A stretch of 29,759 bases of DNA from Octopus sinensis (GCF_006345805.1 NW_021835669.1:1-29759); one strand, 5' to 3'; shown: positions 1-11,370, counted from the stretch's first letter. The notes: generated by a model not told the origin, from the sequence alone. Program-made: numbers and translations.

Positions 1-124
1 TGCCGGAGCCGCGTGGAGCTTAGGTGTTTCGCTCATAAACACATACATCACACGTTCTGAGATTCGAACCCGCGATCCCCCGACCGTGAGTCCGCTACTC
101 TAACCACTAGGCCATGTGCCTCCA
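1..124 (-). mobile_element. SINE type C (my label), tRNA-like head, cut by window edge
   Basis: Reverse complement (tggaggcacatggcctagtggttagagtagcggactcacggtcg...ggttcgaatctc) has A-box and B-box-like motifs and matches copies at 11371 and 23326-23523. Confidence 0.85.
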
Positions 125-229
125 CTGTTTTGAAATTAGCATGCTAATTTTAGTCTAAATCAAATGGAAAAGCAAACTCAACAGAAATTGTGTTCAGAAC
201 TGTTCCCTGGTCATCCTCGGTTCTTCTAA

Positions 230-405
230 TTTATTATAATCCTTTCTTCTATAATCTCAAAGCCTGAAATTTAACGGGAGGGATTAAGTCGGTTACATCG
301 ACCCCCAGTACTCAACTGGTACTTAATTTATCGACTCCGAAAGGATGAAAGGCAAAGTCAAACTCGGCAGGATTTGAACTCAGAACGTAACGACGAGTGA
401 AATAC
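230..405 (-). mobile_element. SINE type A, variant 3' tail, 5' part missing upstream of the internal GTATTT
   Basis: Contains the reverse complement of the core gttctgagttcaaat..gactttgcctttcatcctttcgg.gtcgataaattaagtaccag. It is fused to the next copy at AAATAC (400-405). Confidence 0.8.
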
Positions 406-630
406 CTATTTCTTTACTACCCACAAGGGGCTAAACACAGAGAGGACAAACAAGGACAGACAAACGGATTAAGTCGATTATATCGACCGCAGTGCGTAAC
501 TGGTACTTATTTTATCGACCCTGAAAGGATGAAAGGCAAAGTCGACCTCGGCGGAATTTGAACTCAGAACGTAGAGGCAGACGAAATATCACTAAGCATG
601 TTGTCCAGCGTGCTAACGATTCTGCCGGCT
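400..630 (-). mobile_element. SINE type A, near full length
   Basis: Matches copies at 17618-17842 and 26425-26661 from head to the tail gtagtaaagaaataggtattt. It has a B-box-like GAGTTCAAATTCC, and the central part resembles the Meta-domain as I recall it. Confidence 0.88.
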
Positions 631-940
631 TCTAATTTATTGCAATGCCAAATCTTTTGATTTACGACTCTCAGTTTGGATTTAATGCATCATAGTTTGT
701 GTCTAATGACAATTAGTTTACTTGTGTGTGACATGGCCTCTGTAGAAATAATCCACGGGTTAATTATCAGTTTAATTTCCTCTCTCGATCTCTGACAACG
801 ATCTACTGCAAATGGGTGTTTCGTTGCATTAATCCAACGAAGATAATTGTATTGATGACAAGTTCTTGGCAGCGGCATTGATTACTTGAAAGAATGGATA
901 GTCACCCGATGCCGATGTGACATGCTTAAGAGCCATGCTG

Positions 941-943
<3 letters not shown>

Positions 944-972
<29 letters not shown>
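944..972. repeat. (CA)n microsatellite
   Basis: Direct reading. Confidence 0.97.
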
Positions 973-973
<1 letters not shown>

Positions 974-1116
974 TCTTACCTGTATGCTATGCCGATTTTA
1001 TTTTTCGAGTTTCCTAGCAATATCAACGGAACAAACAAGTAAGTAACAAACAAGACCTTTTGAATTTGAATTTAGAATTATATAACTGAGATATGTATAT
1101 GTGTATATATATATTA

Positions 1117-1188
1117 TCTTTTACTCGTTTACTTGTTTCAGTCATTTCAATGTGACCATGCTGGAGTACCGCCTTTAGTCGAGCAAAT
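1117..1188 (-). mobile_element. SINE type B, 3' end fragment
   Basis: ttttactcgtttacttgtttcagtcattt..ccatgctggagtaccgcctttagtcgagcaaat is the reverse complement of the B tail seen at 9580-9649. Confidence 0.85.
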
Positions 1189-2508
1189 GTTTTCCTTTCT
1201 CTTTTGTTGAATTTTATGTCTTGTTTAGTCACACAGAAAATTTAAATTTTTCTACTGATTACTTGGATAATCTCAATTGGTTGCAGTTTTTCATGTTACC
1301 TTTATGATATATGTGATATATGATATATGTGAACTCCTAAATTACTGATATCTTGCATATGCATGTTATATTATACCATACGTGAAAATATTAAAATCAG
1401 AATGTGTTTTAATAAATTGCGCGAATATTTTTAAATGGACTTCATATATGTGGGTGCGTCGAGAGTGACAGGGAGATGATAGCAAAAAAGAGCAAGTGGA
1501 GAAGATTAAGTGAGAGACAAAGTAAGAAAGGAAAGAGAAAAATGAAGATGTATGAATCCATAAAAGTATTCGGGGCTTTTTTTTATTGGTCTCTGTTTTA
1601 TGTTTTATCACAAACAACAGTTAAGTTTCTCATCTGATATTTTATCATCTACAAGATAATAAAAAATGAAAGAAAACTAACACAAAAAAAAGAATAAAAA
1701 TAAACAATACAATACAAGCAAATATAATAAGGAGCCTGCCTTGAATTCACTTCTCTAACTGAATAGTGTAAAAAGAAAACTAAGCTTATTTATTTACTCC
1801 GAGCTCCAATCTCCAAAACCGTAACATTCCTCTCATCCCTTTGAGTTTTTAATGCAGTGCCTCCCACCTATCTCGTTTTACCCACCCGTAACACTTAACT
1901 TCTCTTCGCATTAAGGTTGCTTATCTTTTGACAAAGTGTAATGACATGTTGTTAGATGCACTTGAAAGCTCATTGTAACATCGGTGCTAGATACCACTAC
2001 CTACTTTCTGGTTTCTGGCACGTGTTTGATGTCTTTTAAATTGGCTTTGCACCACGAGAATGTGTAGAAAGCGAGGCAGCGAGAGGAAGAGAGAAAGAGA
2101 GAGATAAGGAAAGAGAGAGATAAGGAAAGAGAGAGAGACTATGATGATTTATGTGAGGTAATGAGTGGATGTGAGAGGGTAGATGTTAGTGTACGCAGAA
2201 GCACAGCAATGTGACGGCCGCCATTTTATGGGGAATTCGGTTAAAGTACTGGGATATTTAGGGGGAATTCAGCACTACAAGTGTAGAAGGTTGTAACATG
2301 TATGAGGGTGCTGGACTTAGATGGATATTTTGTAAGGTATCTGGGTCTCTTGGCTTACTCCCTTCTTTGTTTAAACCTCATTGGGCTCGACATTGCCTTT
2401 AATCTTTTCAGAATCGCCTAGGTATGTAATTGCTATCTACTGGCGCTTCATTCAATTGACTATACGTATTTAGCATTGCACTAAACTTAGAAACTATTAT
2501 GAAAAATG

Positions 2509-2608
2509 GGCGGCGAGCTGGTAGAAACGTTAGCACGCCGGGCGAAATGCTTAACGATATTTCGTCTGTCGCTACGTTCTGAGTTCAAATTCCGTCGAGG
2601 TTGACTTT
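2509..2608 (+). mobile_element. SINE type A head (first 100 nt)
   Basis: ggcggcgagctggtagaaacgttagcacgccgggcgaaatgc...gagttcaaattccgtcgaggttgacttt. Confidence 0.88.
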
Positions 2609-2791
2609 GTAACGGCAGACGAAATACTTATTTCTTTACTACCCACAAGGGGCTAAACACAGAGGGGACAAACAAGGACAGACACACGGATTAAGTCGAT
2701 TACATCGACTCCAGTGCGTAAGTGGTACTTATTTAATCGACCCCGAAAGGATGAAAGGCAAAGTCGACCGCGGGGGAATTTGAACTCAGAA
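2609..2791 (-). mobile_element. SINE type A body and tail, inverted against the preceding head
   Basis: Reverse complement runs ttctgagttcaaattcc...gtagtaaagaaataagtattt and then continues cgtctgccgttac (internal SINE sequence). Confidence 0.88.
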
Positions 2792-3402
2792 ATAATTATC
2801 CAGGGTTCCGAGCCGTGGTTGACTTGAATGAGCAATTGACACAATAACGCTTGGTATTTAGTTCTTCACTTCTGGCTTCTAAATCAAATCTCAACACAAT
2901 ATACTTTGAATCGATAAGTAATAGTTTCGATTATATCGTTATGCCTCTTCCGCAAAACGTTGAGCTTTGTGTCTATGTTAAAACTGAACATTAACATTTA
3001 TTTTAACAGCAACACAAACGAAGGAGATTGTTGAATTCAACATGTCTACATTCAGATATCAGCGGATCTTGAAATATAGTTTATAGTTTAATTGCTGTTG
3101 TGAAGATTGTTATAATGATGTCTAAACCTGAAGCGGAGTTACAAATTTTATGGTATGACTATCTCTGACTAAATCTAAGCTAGTAAATTTTCTCTGTTTA
3201 TTTTATTAATCACAGATGAAAGACACCGTTAGTTTGGTAGTGTTTGCGTTCATAAGGAAGAGAAATCATAAAACTGAATTCTGTATAGTATCTAGTCAAT
3301 TTACTGAATTTGAACATCCTCAAGGAATCCAAGCTCCAAATGTTTATCGCATCAGCTAGCCACTGTTGGAATCATCATCAAATTTTCAGCATTTTGTCCT
3401 TC

Positions 3403-3560
3403 ACGTTCTGAGTTCAAATTCCGCCGATGTCGACTTTGACTTTCATTCTTTCGGGGTCGATAAAATAAGTATATGTTTAAACACTGGGGTCAATATAATC
3501 GATTTAGCGTTTCCACACAAAATTTCGGGTCTTGTGCCCACAGCGGAAAAAGGTTATTAA
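3403..3560 (+). mobile_element. SINE type A, 5'-truncated, variant tail
   Basis: acgttctgagttcaaattccgccgatgtcgactttgactttcattctttcggggtcgataaaataagta. Confidence 0.8.
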
Positions 3561-3713
3561 GACAACACCCAAGTTAGTGCCTACTCGTCTCCGGACCAAA
3601 AATCACTTTCTATACACTCTCTACTGCACTACTAAATCAGTGTCAACCTATTACTAGCCAACACTAAACAAACACTGCCTGGTTGCCACCATACCATTGT
3701 CAAGTACCACCTA

Positions 3714-3972
3714 AAATAAAATAAATTCGCCCTTTTAAAGCCTAGCCAGGCTCATGGGTCCGGTTTCCCGGTTCCAATGGCGTATGTGTTCTCCAGCAGG
3801 ACGGGACGCCAGTCCATTGCGGCGTTACTCATTTTTGCCAGCTGAGTGGACTGGAGCAACATGAAATGAAGTGTTTTGCTCAAGAACACAACGCGTCGCC
3901 CGTTCCAGGAATCGAAACCGCAATCTTACGATCATGATGCTGACACCCTAACCACTAAACCACGCGCCTCCA
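3714..3972 (-). mobile_element. SINE type D, full length (first unit of tandem dimer)
   Basis: tRNA-like head (tggaggcgcgtggtttagtggttagggtgtcagcatcatgatcg...gtttcgattcc) and (ATTT)n-type tail. Matches 3974-4228 and 15167-15427. Confidence 0.9.
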
Positions 3973-3973
3973 C

Positions 3974-4228
3974 TAAAATAAATGCGCCCTTTTAAAGCCT
4001 AGCCAGGCTCATGGGCCCGGTTTCCCGGTTTCTATGGCGTATGTGTCCCCCAGCTGGACGGGACGCCAGTCCATCGCAGCGTTACTTATTTTTGCCAGCT
4101 GAGTGGACTGGAGCAACGTGAAATGAAGTGTTTTGCTCAATAGCACAACGCGTCGCCCGGTCCAGGAATCGAACCACAAACTTATGATCATGATGCTGAC
4201 ACCCTAACCACTAAGCCACGCGCCTCCA
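3974..4228 (-). mobile_element. SINE type D, full length (second unit of tandem dimer)
   Basis: About 92% identical by eye to 3714-3972. The dimer is flanked by caagtaccaccta (3701-3713) and caagtacaaccta (4230-4242). Confidence 0.9.
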
Positions 4229-4302
4229 CCAAGTACAACCTAGCCACCAACAAATCAGCCAAGCCTAACATGAAACACCAGCAAGCCACAGGCTGGTCAT
4301 CG

Positions 4303-4518
4303 TACGAGAGGGTTCTGAAAAGTTCCTGGTTTTAAGGGTGTCGAGAAAGGCCTGGTTGGAAGTCCAACCTTCCCAGTTCCTTTCTTCGAAAAACTTAAGG
4401 ACCGATGCAATAAGTGTGTGAATCTGTGAGTGGAATATGTTGACTAAAAGCGTAATTAACTGATCCTTCTGTATTTGCTTTTACCCAGAGCCGGGAAATT
4501 TTCAGCCCCAATCTCATA
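4303..4518 (+). mobile_element. Mariner-derived MITE (~215 bp)
   Basis: TA-flanked inverted ends (tacgagagggttctgaaaagttcctgg ... ccgggaaattttcagcccca..ctcata). The interior encodes a transposase-like C-terminus EKLKDRCNKCVNL*VEYVD*. Second copy at 14808-15020. Confidence 0.78.
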
Positions 4519-4782
4519 AAACCAAATATAAGACACTCCCTAGCAACGGTCAAACTGTCACTAAGTGATTGAATAGCTGTCATTGAGTCCTCACTTTTCA
4601 TTTGAGACTTGTCTCAATAGCACTCTCTTGATATGGTTGAACTCAAGTGAACAAGGAACCACTGGAATTCGATCCGTGAAACGCCCATTCTCGAATTTCT
4701 ACAAGCAAACACTTATCGAGCAGTCAGGTGTTATTTTTCAGTTAAGTGCACCATTAACAAGGAAGGCAAATGCTTCCAATTC

Positions 4783-4863
4783 ATGGGACGTATCATGTTG
4801 ACGGTAACAAACGTGACACAGTAATCCATGTAAACATCTACGAATTTATATATATGTGTGTGC

Positions 4864-4905
<42 letters not shown>

Positions 4906-5138
4906 TTGTGCACGAGTGTGTGCGTGTATATATATATATATATATTACTCTCTTTTACTTGTTTCAGTCATTTGACTGCGGCCATGATGGAGCACCGCCT
5001 TTAATCAATGGGGCGTATCATATTGACGGTTACAAACGTGACACAGTAATCCATGTAAACATCTACGAATTTATATATATGTGGTGTGCGTGTGTGTGTG
5101 TGTGTGTGTGTGGTGTGCGTTTGTGCACGAGTGTGTGC

Positions 5139-5182
<44 letters not shown>

Positions 5183-5246
5183 TATATTACTCTCTTTTAC
5201 TGTTTCAGTCATTTGACTGCGGCCATGATGATCACCGCCTTTAATC
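4783..5246. repeat. Tandem duplication, units 4783-5006 and 5008-5246
   Basis: Both units run atggg.cgtatcat.ttgacggt.acaaacgtgacacagtaatccatgtaaacatctacgaattt...(GT)n...(TA)n...SINE B tail...cctttaatc. Confidence 0.92.
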
Positions 5247-5585
5247 GAGCACTCGACCCGGGACTTATTCTTGTGTAAGCCCAGTACTTATTCTATCGGT
5301 CACTTTTGCCGAACCGCTAAGTAACGGGGACATAAACACACCAGCATCGGTTTTCAAGCAATGCTAGGGGGACACACAGACACACAAACATACACGCACA
5401 CACATATATATATACAATATATATGACGGGCTTCTTTCAGTTTCCGTCTACCAAATCCACTCACAAGGCTTTGGTCGGCCCGGGGCTATAGCAGAAGACA
5501 CATGCCCAAGGTGCCACGCAGTGGGACTGAACCCGGAACCATGTGGTTGGTTAGCAAGCTACTTACCACACAGCCACTCCTGCGC
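5187..5585 (-). mobile_element. SINE type B, full length
   Basis: Head gcaggagtggctgtgtggtaagtagc...gggttcagtccc, CORE-like gcaccttgggca.gtgtcttc, internal (TA/GT)n and (AAAAGAGT)n tail. Confidence 0.92.
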
Positions 5586-6420
5586 CTATTGGTTGAAAAA
5601 ATTGGGTAACATGATGAATGGATATCATGTGTTCCATATGTGATATACATGAGAGACAAAGGGTTAAGTTGTTTTTTTCGTATAGATCAAATATAACGCT
5701 GTCCTGATATCACCCAATACTAAGAACGACCGCAACACCATTTCATTCACAAACCCACTTGCTCTTCAACGTTAAATCCAATATTACTAAAATCTTCATA
5801 ACATTAATAAATCAGTATTCCCCAAGCAACCACCGCTGGAGAATGATATTTACTAGAAACAGGCTTACAATGATTTACAGCTGTAATTCCAAAATGAATT
5901 ATCTTAAAACGCACAACCCAACTAAATTGATTGAGATCATATACACATTCAGATACACATAGCCGTGCTCATTTAATATGTCATTTAAAACTAAGTCAAT
6001 AACATATGATGCAAAAGTCACGTCTACAAAACTAAACAATAATATGATGAATATACGTTACAGGGTAATTACGCTTCCTTCAGGCAAGAAGAAGAGAAGG
6101 TCACAACATCATCTCGTTGCATCTGGAATTTTAAAGAACGGGATATTGATTTAGCTATCAGGTTAAAGACCTTTTAGACGATGTAGATCATATAGAAACG
6201 GAATAACAAACACGGCGTATGCGCATCACGTATTTCTCTTCATATGTGTCCTGATTTTCTGTGAGATTCTGGTAAGCTTCATCATCCGGCGATTAAATAG
6301 TTTTTAAATATACAAATTGAAGTTAACGATGTTTTATCCATAACGGGTTATATCGCATTGTACATTTACTTCTCAGTATTTGTAACATCTATAATGCATC
6401 TGCTCATGTAAACACGTTTA

Positions 6421-6631
6421 GATATGTATGATATATATAGATATATATATAATATATATATATATATATAATAAAAGGAAATGAAGAAAATGCTGACAAT
6501 AATTGAAGTAATTTAAGTAATTTAATTAGGTGAAAGTTCTTTTACCGGTTGCGCATTTGTTATGCTTATTAAAATATAAAAGAGAGATTAGAGTTCCTTC
6601 TTATAGAATTTTCCTCTTATCTATATATATA

Positions 6632-6679
<48 letters not shown>

Positions 6680-7033
6680 TATAATGTTATACTAATGCAT
6701 ACACACACAACCAACGTATGCATATACATACAAAATATCTATCTATCTTCTCTCTTACTCTCCATATATATATACACATATATAATATATGTATATATAT
6801 ATATATTTGCATATATATATAAGATACATACGTATATATATGTATATATATATATACATATATATATATATACATATATATATACACACACACACACAAT
6901 ATATATATATATATATATATATATTAGATATATATATATACATATATATATATACATTCATACGCACTCACACACATATATATACAAATATATATATATA
7001 TATGTATATAAATATATTCATTAATGTATATAT
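6421..7033. repeat. Compound (AT)n/(AC)n microsatellite blocks (6421-6470 and 6618-7033)
   Basis: Direct reading; source of the YI/IY-repeat ORFs. Confidence 0.93.
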
Positions 7034-7286
7034 GTGTTCTTTTATGTATCTACATGTAAGTGTATGCTTGCTTACAAAACTGTTATATCCATGTCTGCGT
7101 GTGAGCGTTGTGCATGTAGAATATTTCGCAAAAATGCACGAGTTATTTTCGCTTCTTTTTATATATTTTTATTGTGGGTAAAAAAATTGCAAATTATCTT
7201 GATAAATGTTAAACCATGTTGGACAATTATCATAACGATAGTCATCCAATAGAAGATCATCGAAGAAAAATATCAATGGCAACGGT

Positions 7287-7375
7287 ATTGATGATGATGA
7301 TGATGATAATGATGACAGTGGTGGTGGTGGTGGTGGTGATGGTTGTGGTTGTGGTGGTGGTGGTGGTGGTGGAAG
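7287..7375. repeat. (GAT)n followed by (GGT)n trinucleotide repeat
   Basis: Direct reading. Confidence 0.95.
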
Positions 7376-7554
7376 TTGAAGATAAGGAAGTTGACGGAGG
7401 TGGGGTGGCGGACAGTTGGGCGAGATATACATGTAGAGATGCATGTGTGAGCAAATGTGGCTAGAATAATATCTCTGTTTGTCTTCCGTCGATTAGGTTC
7501 GTCAATGTGTCCATAGATGTACTAGCATACGTATGCACTTAGTACGTGCATATG

Positions 7555-7662
7555 GACATGTGTGTGTGCGCGTGTGCGCGCGTGTGCGCGCGTTTGCGCG
7601 TGTGCGCGCGTGCAAGTGATATGTGCGGCTCTGCATATAAAAGTATTCTTTGTTATCTCTCC

Positions 7663-7714
<52 letters not shown>

Positions 7715-8032
7715 CTCTCTATCTATCTCGCTCTCGCTCCCTCTGGTTATATCCATGCTTCTCGCTGCTGGTTTTCCATCTGCGTGAGTGGGTCACTTTC
7801 ACTCTTTCTCTCTTTCTTTCTCTCTCGCCCTCTCTCCCACTCTCCCTCCTCTCCCTCTCTCTCTGTCTGCGTGTATATATACATACATATATATAGTGTG
7901 TGTGTGTGTGAGGATTCATATATTTATACACACGCACACACATAGACACACACGTACGTATATCTATGTTTATATATACATATATATATACATGTATATT
8001 AAAACATCATGTATGTGTGTGTGTGTGTGCAT

Positions 8033-8065
<33 letters not shown>

Positions 8066-8071
8066 TATATA

Positions 8072-8120
<49 letters not shown>

Positions 8121-8373
8121 CATACACATATATATAAGTGCGTGTGTGCGTGTGTGTGTGTGTATATGTTCCGAAACGGAGAGAGAGAGAGAGAGAGAGA
8201 GAAAAAAGATAGTAGAGAGGGTGAAGAGAGATCACGAGTGAAAGACCAAGAGAAGCGGGGAGAGAGATGAGACAGAGAAAATATGAAGAAGGAGCGAGAA
8301 CAATGAACAATATGCCTGTTGAAGTACCACAATGAAAAAAAAACAGAAAAAAGAGGAAAGCCTCCTTGAAAAT

Positions 8374-8440
<67 letters not shown>

Positions 8441-8467
8441 ACATATATATATATATACATATATATC

Positions 8468-8517
<50 letters not shown>
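7555..8517. repeat. Cluster of (GT/GC)n, (CT)n, (AT)n and (GA)n microsatellites
   Basis: Direct reading. Confidence 0.9.
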
Positions 8518-8522
<5 letters not shown>

Positions 8523-9177
8523 TAGTCCTGTATCTTTAAGATTTAATTTGTAGCTTGCATAGTGTAATATCTTCAATTCACATCATACTTCTATACAATC
8601 GGCTAATCTCAACAGTTAACAAAACATTCTTTTGTAGTTTTCCATTGTTACATCGAAAATTTCAGAATATCATCTTTTGAAGAGAAAGAAAAATTCCAGA
8701 TTATTTTTTTGTACGTGCAAATGTTACTGTATTGCAATGTGTTTCATTTTAAGTAGGATTGTCCCCATAATTTTTCCTCTTCTCTTCTCTTTATTTTTTT
8801 GCCATACAAAAGGCTCTGTTTCAATAGAATTTTATATGTTTTTGTTTTATTTTATGTTATTTTATTTTATTTTATTTTATCGTATTATTTGTTAGTTCTT
8901 ATTTTTTGAAGTAATATGTACGAGAAAACGATCTGCATTGAGAGAAAATGGCGTATAGGCTGACTGCAATGAAATATTTTACAGTGTTTCGTTGTCACTT
9001 TCGACGTTTTACCGTTTACATCTCATTTATCGTGATTTAACCCTTCATCGTTTCGAGGGAAACAATATAAGGAGATATAAAACGGTGCTGTATTTACAAA
9101 TGGCTTTTTCTCACGCAAATATTGGCTCCCGTGACAAAATACTAAACGTCTTCATTTCTTCCCTTCCCTCTGTTTAT

Positions 9178-9249
9178 CACACACACACGCACACACACAC
9201 ACACACACACACACCACACACACACACCCACACACAACACACATATATA

Positions 9250-9310
<61 letters not shown>
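9178..9310. repeat. (CA)n-(TA)n-(GA)n compound microsatellite
   Basis: Direct reading. Confidence 0.95.
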
Positions 9311-9312
<2 letters not shown>

Positions 9313-9440
9313 AATAAATGTGGGGTTGTACATATATATATTATATATAGGGAGAGTTTACGAAAAAACAAAAGACGAAGACAGGTGGTGTACAAAACAT
9401 GTAGACGGAATATGTGTGTGTGTGTGTGTGTGTATGTTTG

Positions 9441-9649
9441 TGTGTCTGTGTTTGTCCCCCCAACATTGCTTGACAACCGATGCTGGTGTGTTTACGTCCC
9501 CGTTACTTAGCGGTTCGGTAAAAGAGACCGATAGAATAAGTACTGGGCTTACAAAAGAATAAGTCCAGGGGTCGAGTTGCTCGATTAAAGGCGGTGCTCC
9601 AGCATGGCCGCAGTCAAATGACTGAAACAAGTAAAAGAGTAAAAGAGTA
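9441..9649 (+). mobile_element. SINE type B, 3' half
   Basis: tgtgtctgtgtttgtccccccaacattgcttgacaaccgatgctggtgtg...gcagtcaaatgactgaaacaagtaaaagagtaaaagagt. Confidence 0.92.
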
Positions 9650-9891
9650 ATAGAGTAACTTTGGATTTATAAAAGGAAAATCTTACGTTACTCGGGACGT
9701 CAGAAACAAAGGCTAACTAAATGTCTTAAAACAATCAGGGACGTTTTGGAGAACCTTACCAAATTGCTTTGCACAGACTAAGGGTTAAACAGCTTTATTT
9801 AATATTATTTAATCAGTCGGAACAAGAAGCTAATGAAAAATATTCAATCGGTGTGTTTCTTCGCGCGGATGTATAGAACAATTCTACAGAT

Positions 9892-10039
9892 GTAACTTAG
9901 CGGTTCGGCAAAACAGACCGATAGAATAAGTACTAGGCTTGCAAAAAATAAATCCTAGGGTCGATTTGCTCGACTAAAGGCGGTGCTCCAGCACGGCCAC
10001 AGTCAAATGACTGAAACATTTAAAAAGAGTAAAAGAGTA
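9892..10039 (+). mobile_element. SINE type B, 3' ~150 nt
   Basis: gtaacttagcggttcggcaaaacagaccgatagaataagtac...gactgaaaca..aaaagagtaaaagagta. Confidence 0.9.
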
Positions 10040-10100
10040 TTTCTGACCAGCTCCTTAAAGTTACCACGTAAACAGTAATTAGTAAATTCACAGGACCGCT

Positions 10101-10330
10101 TACGTAGATCTTGAAGTCCTTTTCATTGCAGCCATCATAACTTCGCTACTGAGGCTTTTGTCTCAGGAAGCTATTTCCGTGTTTAAAGCGAATTATCTTA
10201 GAAGAAGTCTAAATTAGTTGACTTCAGCGATTGATGATAAGAATCAATCGATAAATGAACTCTGAAAAGATTACATTATGAAAGGAATGAAATATATTTA
10301 AGACAATGTTTGGCGAGAATTTAAACATAC
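10101..10330 (+). pseudogene. Tigger/pogo-type transposase remnant (DDE-region fragment)
   Basis: The frame from 10107 reads DLEVLFIAAIITSLLRLLSQEAISVFKANYLRRSLN*LTSAIDDKNQSINEL*KDYIMKGMKYI*DNVWREFK. This is in register with the recalled pogo/Tigger pattern V.FLPPNTTSLLQPMDQGVI..FKA.YLRR...I.......EFWK.Y....I...W, with in-frame stops. Confidence 0.68.
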
Positions 10331-10361
10331 TTGATTCTTTTATCATTTATCTTTTATGATG

Positions 10362-10560
10362 TTTCAATTATTTGACTGTGGCCATGCTGGAGTAGCGCCT
10401 CGAAGGGTCGAACAAATCGACCATAGGACATTTTTCTTCTTTTAAAGCTTGGTACTCATTCAATCGGTCTCTTTTGCCGAACTGCAAAGTTACGGGGACG
10501 TAAACACACCAACACCGGTTTTCAAGCGGTAGAGGGGGTCAGACACAGACATAAAGACGC
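10362..10560 (-). mobile_element. SINE type B, diverged 3' half
   Basis: tttgactgtggccatgctggagtagcgcc...atcggtctcttttgccgaactgcaaagttacggggacgtaaacacaccaacaccggtt. Confidence 0.85.
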
Positions 10561-10623
10561 GCACGCACACACAAACACACACACACAAACATATTCACAC
10601 ATATTCACCAGATGTTGCTTCTT

Positions 10624-10627
<4 letters not shown>

Positions 10628-10692
<65 letters not shown>
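10628..10692. repeat. (TA)n array left of the foldback element
   Basis: Direct reading. Confidence 0.97.
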
Positions 10693-10694
<2 letters not shown>

Positions 10695-10938
10695 TGACGT
10701 ATATTTGCCATTTGAATATGGCTAACCCTTAAGGGTGGATGCTACTGTAGTTTGTAGCCCCAGGAGGACACCTCCTCCAGCTGGCTATAGACACACTTTC
10801 TGTGCCCTATCAGTATTTGCAAAGGGGCTACAAACTACAGTAGCATCCACCCTTAGGGGTTAGCCATATTCAAATGGCAATATACGTCACGATGTGTTGC
10901 TGCTACTGTTTATAACTCGCTCTGAGATTTACCATTGT
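10691..10938. mobile_element. Palindromic/foldback element, copy 1 (centre deleted)
   Basis: Arms 10691-10761 and 10824-10893 differ by one substitution and one 1-nt indel, around a 62-nt spacer. Segment 10894-10938 is reverse-complement homologous to 17455-17503. Confidence 0.8.
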
Positions 10939-10971
<33 letters not shown>

Positions 10972-10998
10972 ATATTATATATATATATATATATATAT
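10939..10998. repeat. (TA)n array right of the foldback element
   Basis: Direct reading. Confidence 0.95.
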
Positions 10999-11370
10999 TT
11001 TCACTTTCATGCTACATAACGATATTAATAACTCGGTTAAAATTCAGTACAATGCGAAAGTGTAATCGTGTAATCTGATCTGAAATAAATCACAAACGAA
11101 CTGGAAATTATGCAATGCAATGAACTTATTTACAGCCTCGGAGGTGAAGAGCAAGCTTATTTGAGAGCGTATTTTCATCTACCGAAAACACCTTTCCTAT
11201 TTATATGTAAATATCTTCTTAAATAAATTTGCTCGTCATTCTTGAAGCCCCGAGGAAGATATGATATGATGCACACTCACTGACCTTCATCTCTAAGCAG
11301 AAACAACTGTCAGCTAATGAGGTTCCAGTTCCTTTGGCTTTCATATATGTATATGTGTGGGGGTGGGGGG

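Noticed and set aside
3216-3359. Strong acceptor followed by a 47-aa ORF (MKDTVSLVVF...)
   Set aside because: No homology recognised and no compatible upstream exon found.
3714-4228. CRISPR-like or other prokaryotic repeat array
   Set aside because: The repeats are SINE-sized and dispersed; there is no repeat-spacer periodicity and no cas-like ORF.
6064-6180. Frame GNYASFRQEEEKVTTSSRCIWNFKERDIDLAIRLKTF
   Set aside because: Short, with ambiguous resemblance (LINE-like or ABC-F-like), a weak donor, and stops soon after.
6530-8520. Many 60-164 aa ORFs rich in YI, CV, HT, SL and RE repeats (also 4731-5216, 8992-9630, 12233-12515, 23982-25846, 27073-27500, 28590-29675)
   Set aside because: They are translations of microsatellites or SINEs, open only because the repeat lacks stops in that frame.
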